Notes under the pieces: model-generated
Told to the model about the DNA's origin: nothing
What the model saw: the letters and a program-made list of their open reading frames with translations, nothing else
The model's database searches: none
Shown here: positions 54,100 to 54,735 of the stretch, one piece after another
Numbering within the stretch: the stretch's first letter is position 1
Layout of the letters: each line of letters begins with the position of its first letter
From: Sphaerodactylus townsendi
Taxonomy: Eukaryota
Assembly: GCF_021028975.2 (NCBI RefSeq)
Contig: NC_059441.1
Location: 5,961,266 to 6,016,000, forward strand
Length of the DNA stretch: 54,735 nucleotides
Direction of reading: 5' to 3'
Position numbers and translations under genes: made by a program

Positions 54100-54735
54100 A
54101 GGTCTAGCCCAGGATGACCAAGGGCTGCTCTTTGCCTTTCTCCCCCTCGAGGATCAAAACCAGGCGCAGCGGCGCTCCCAGCAGCGGAAAGGCCTCCCGC
54201 GCCTTCGGAGGCGAAGCGGAATCCCCCCGACGGGATCCCCCCGCCCCGCCCCTTCGGTTTCAGCCAGGGCTTCTCTTCCAGTCGCGGCGGACCCTGGAGC
54301 CGACCGGGCCGTGTTCCGAAGGGCGCCGGCATCGCCTCTCTGGCAGGTCCGGGCAGGCCCGGCAGCCAGACCACGAAGAAGGCTGTTTGGCCCCGTGGCC
54401 GCCCGCGTGGCCTCCTCCGTCCTTCCAATCGCTGCTCCTCCAGCCCCCGCTGGGTGCGGAGACACGCGGCTCTGGCCCACCGATGGGGAGTGGCGTGCCC
54501 GAGGCGCCTTTCCGCCTGGCCTTCCTAGCTGGGTTGTTGTACAGCTGGGAGGGACGGCATCGGTACCGACGGTGACCAAGCACGCAGGCGCAAAAGCATC
54601 CGAGAGAGCCGCGGACTCCGCCGGCTATGGCCCCGCCCCTTTCCCCTCGAACACAAGAGGCGGGGCTCAGCCATCAGGGTCTCTGCAGCCAATCGTGGCC
54701 TCAGGAAATCTTCTGACACCGCCTCCCACCCGGCA
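54100..54735. promoter_or_regulatory. CpG-rich promoter-like region, possibly the ZNF710 5' end
   Basis: CpG-rich with GC boxes (CCCCGCCCC, GGCGGGGC) and AGCCAATC, upstream of ZNF710 on the - strand. Assignment is inferred. Confidence 0.4.

Overview
Vertebrate genomic DNA, GC-rich and gene-dense. The repeat families point to a squamate, most likely a gecko (inference). It is the conserved ZNF710-IDH2-SEMA4B-CIB1-GDPGP1-TTLL13-NGRN block (human 15q26.1 / mouse chr7 synteny, from memory). Left block (1-20556): 3' exons of SEMA4B (+), complete CIB1 (-), single-exon GDPGP1 (+), a decayed and 3'-truncated TTLL13 (+), and a two-exon NGRN (+). Right block (after the 85-N gap): a signal-peptide first exon that is probably SEMA4B exon 1 but lies on the - strand, complete IDH2 (+, 11 exons) and ZNF710 (-). 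The two blocks appear inverted relative to each other at the gap. Introns and intergenic DNA carry CR1, L1, RTE-X-like, tRNA- and 5S-derived SINEs, hAT/Harbinger-like MITEs, a MITE-derived 83-bp tandem array and a 44-bp minisatellite. I see no convincing wholly new biological system. The best leads are the TTLL13 loss, the NGRN missing exon, the orientation flip splitting SEMA4B, the MITE-to-satellite array and the ZNF710 intronic minisatellite. Protein identities come from recalled orthologue sequences, not from a database search.
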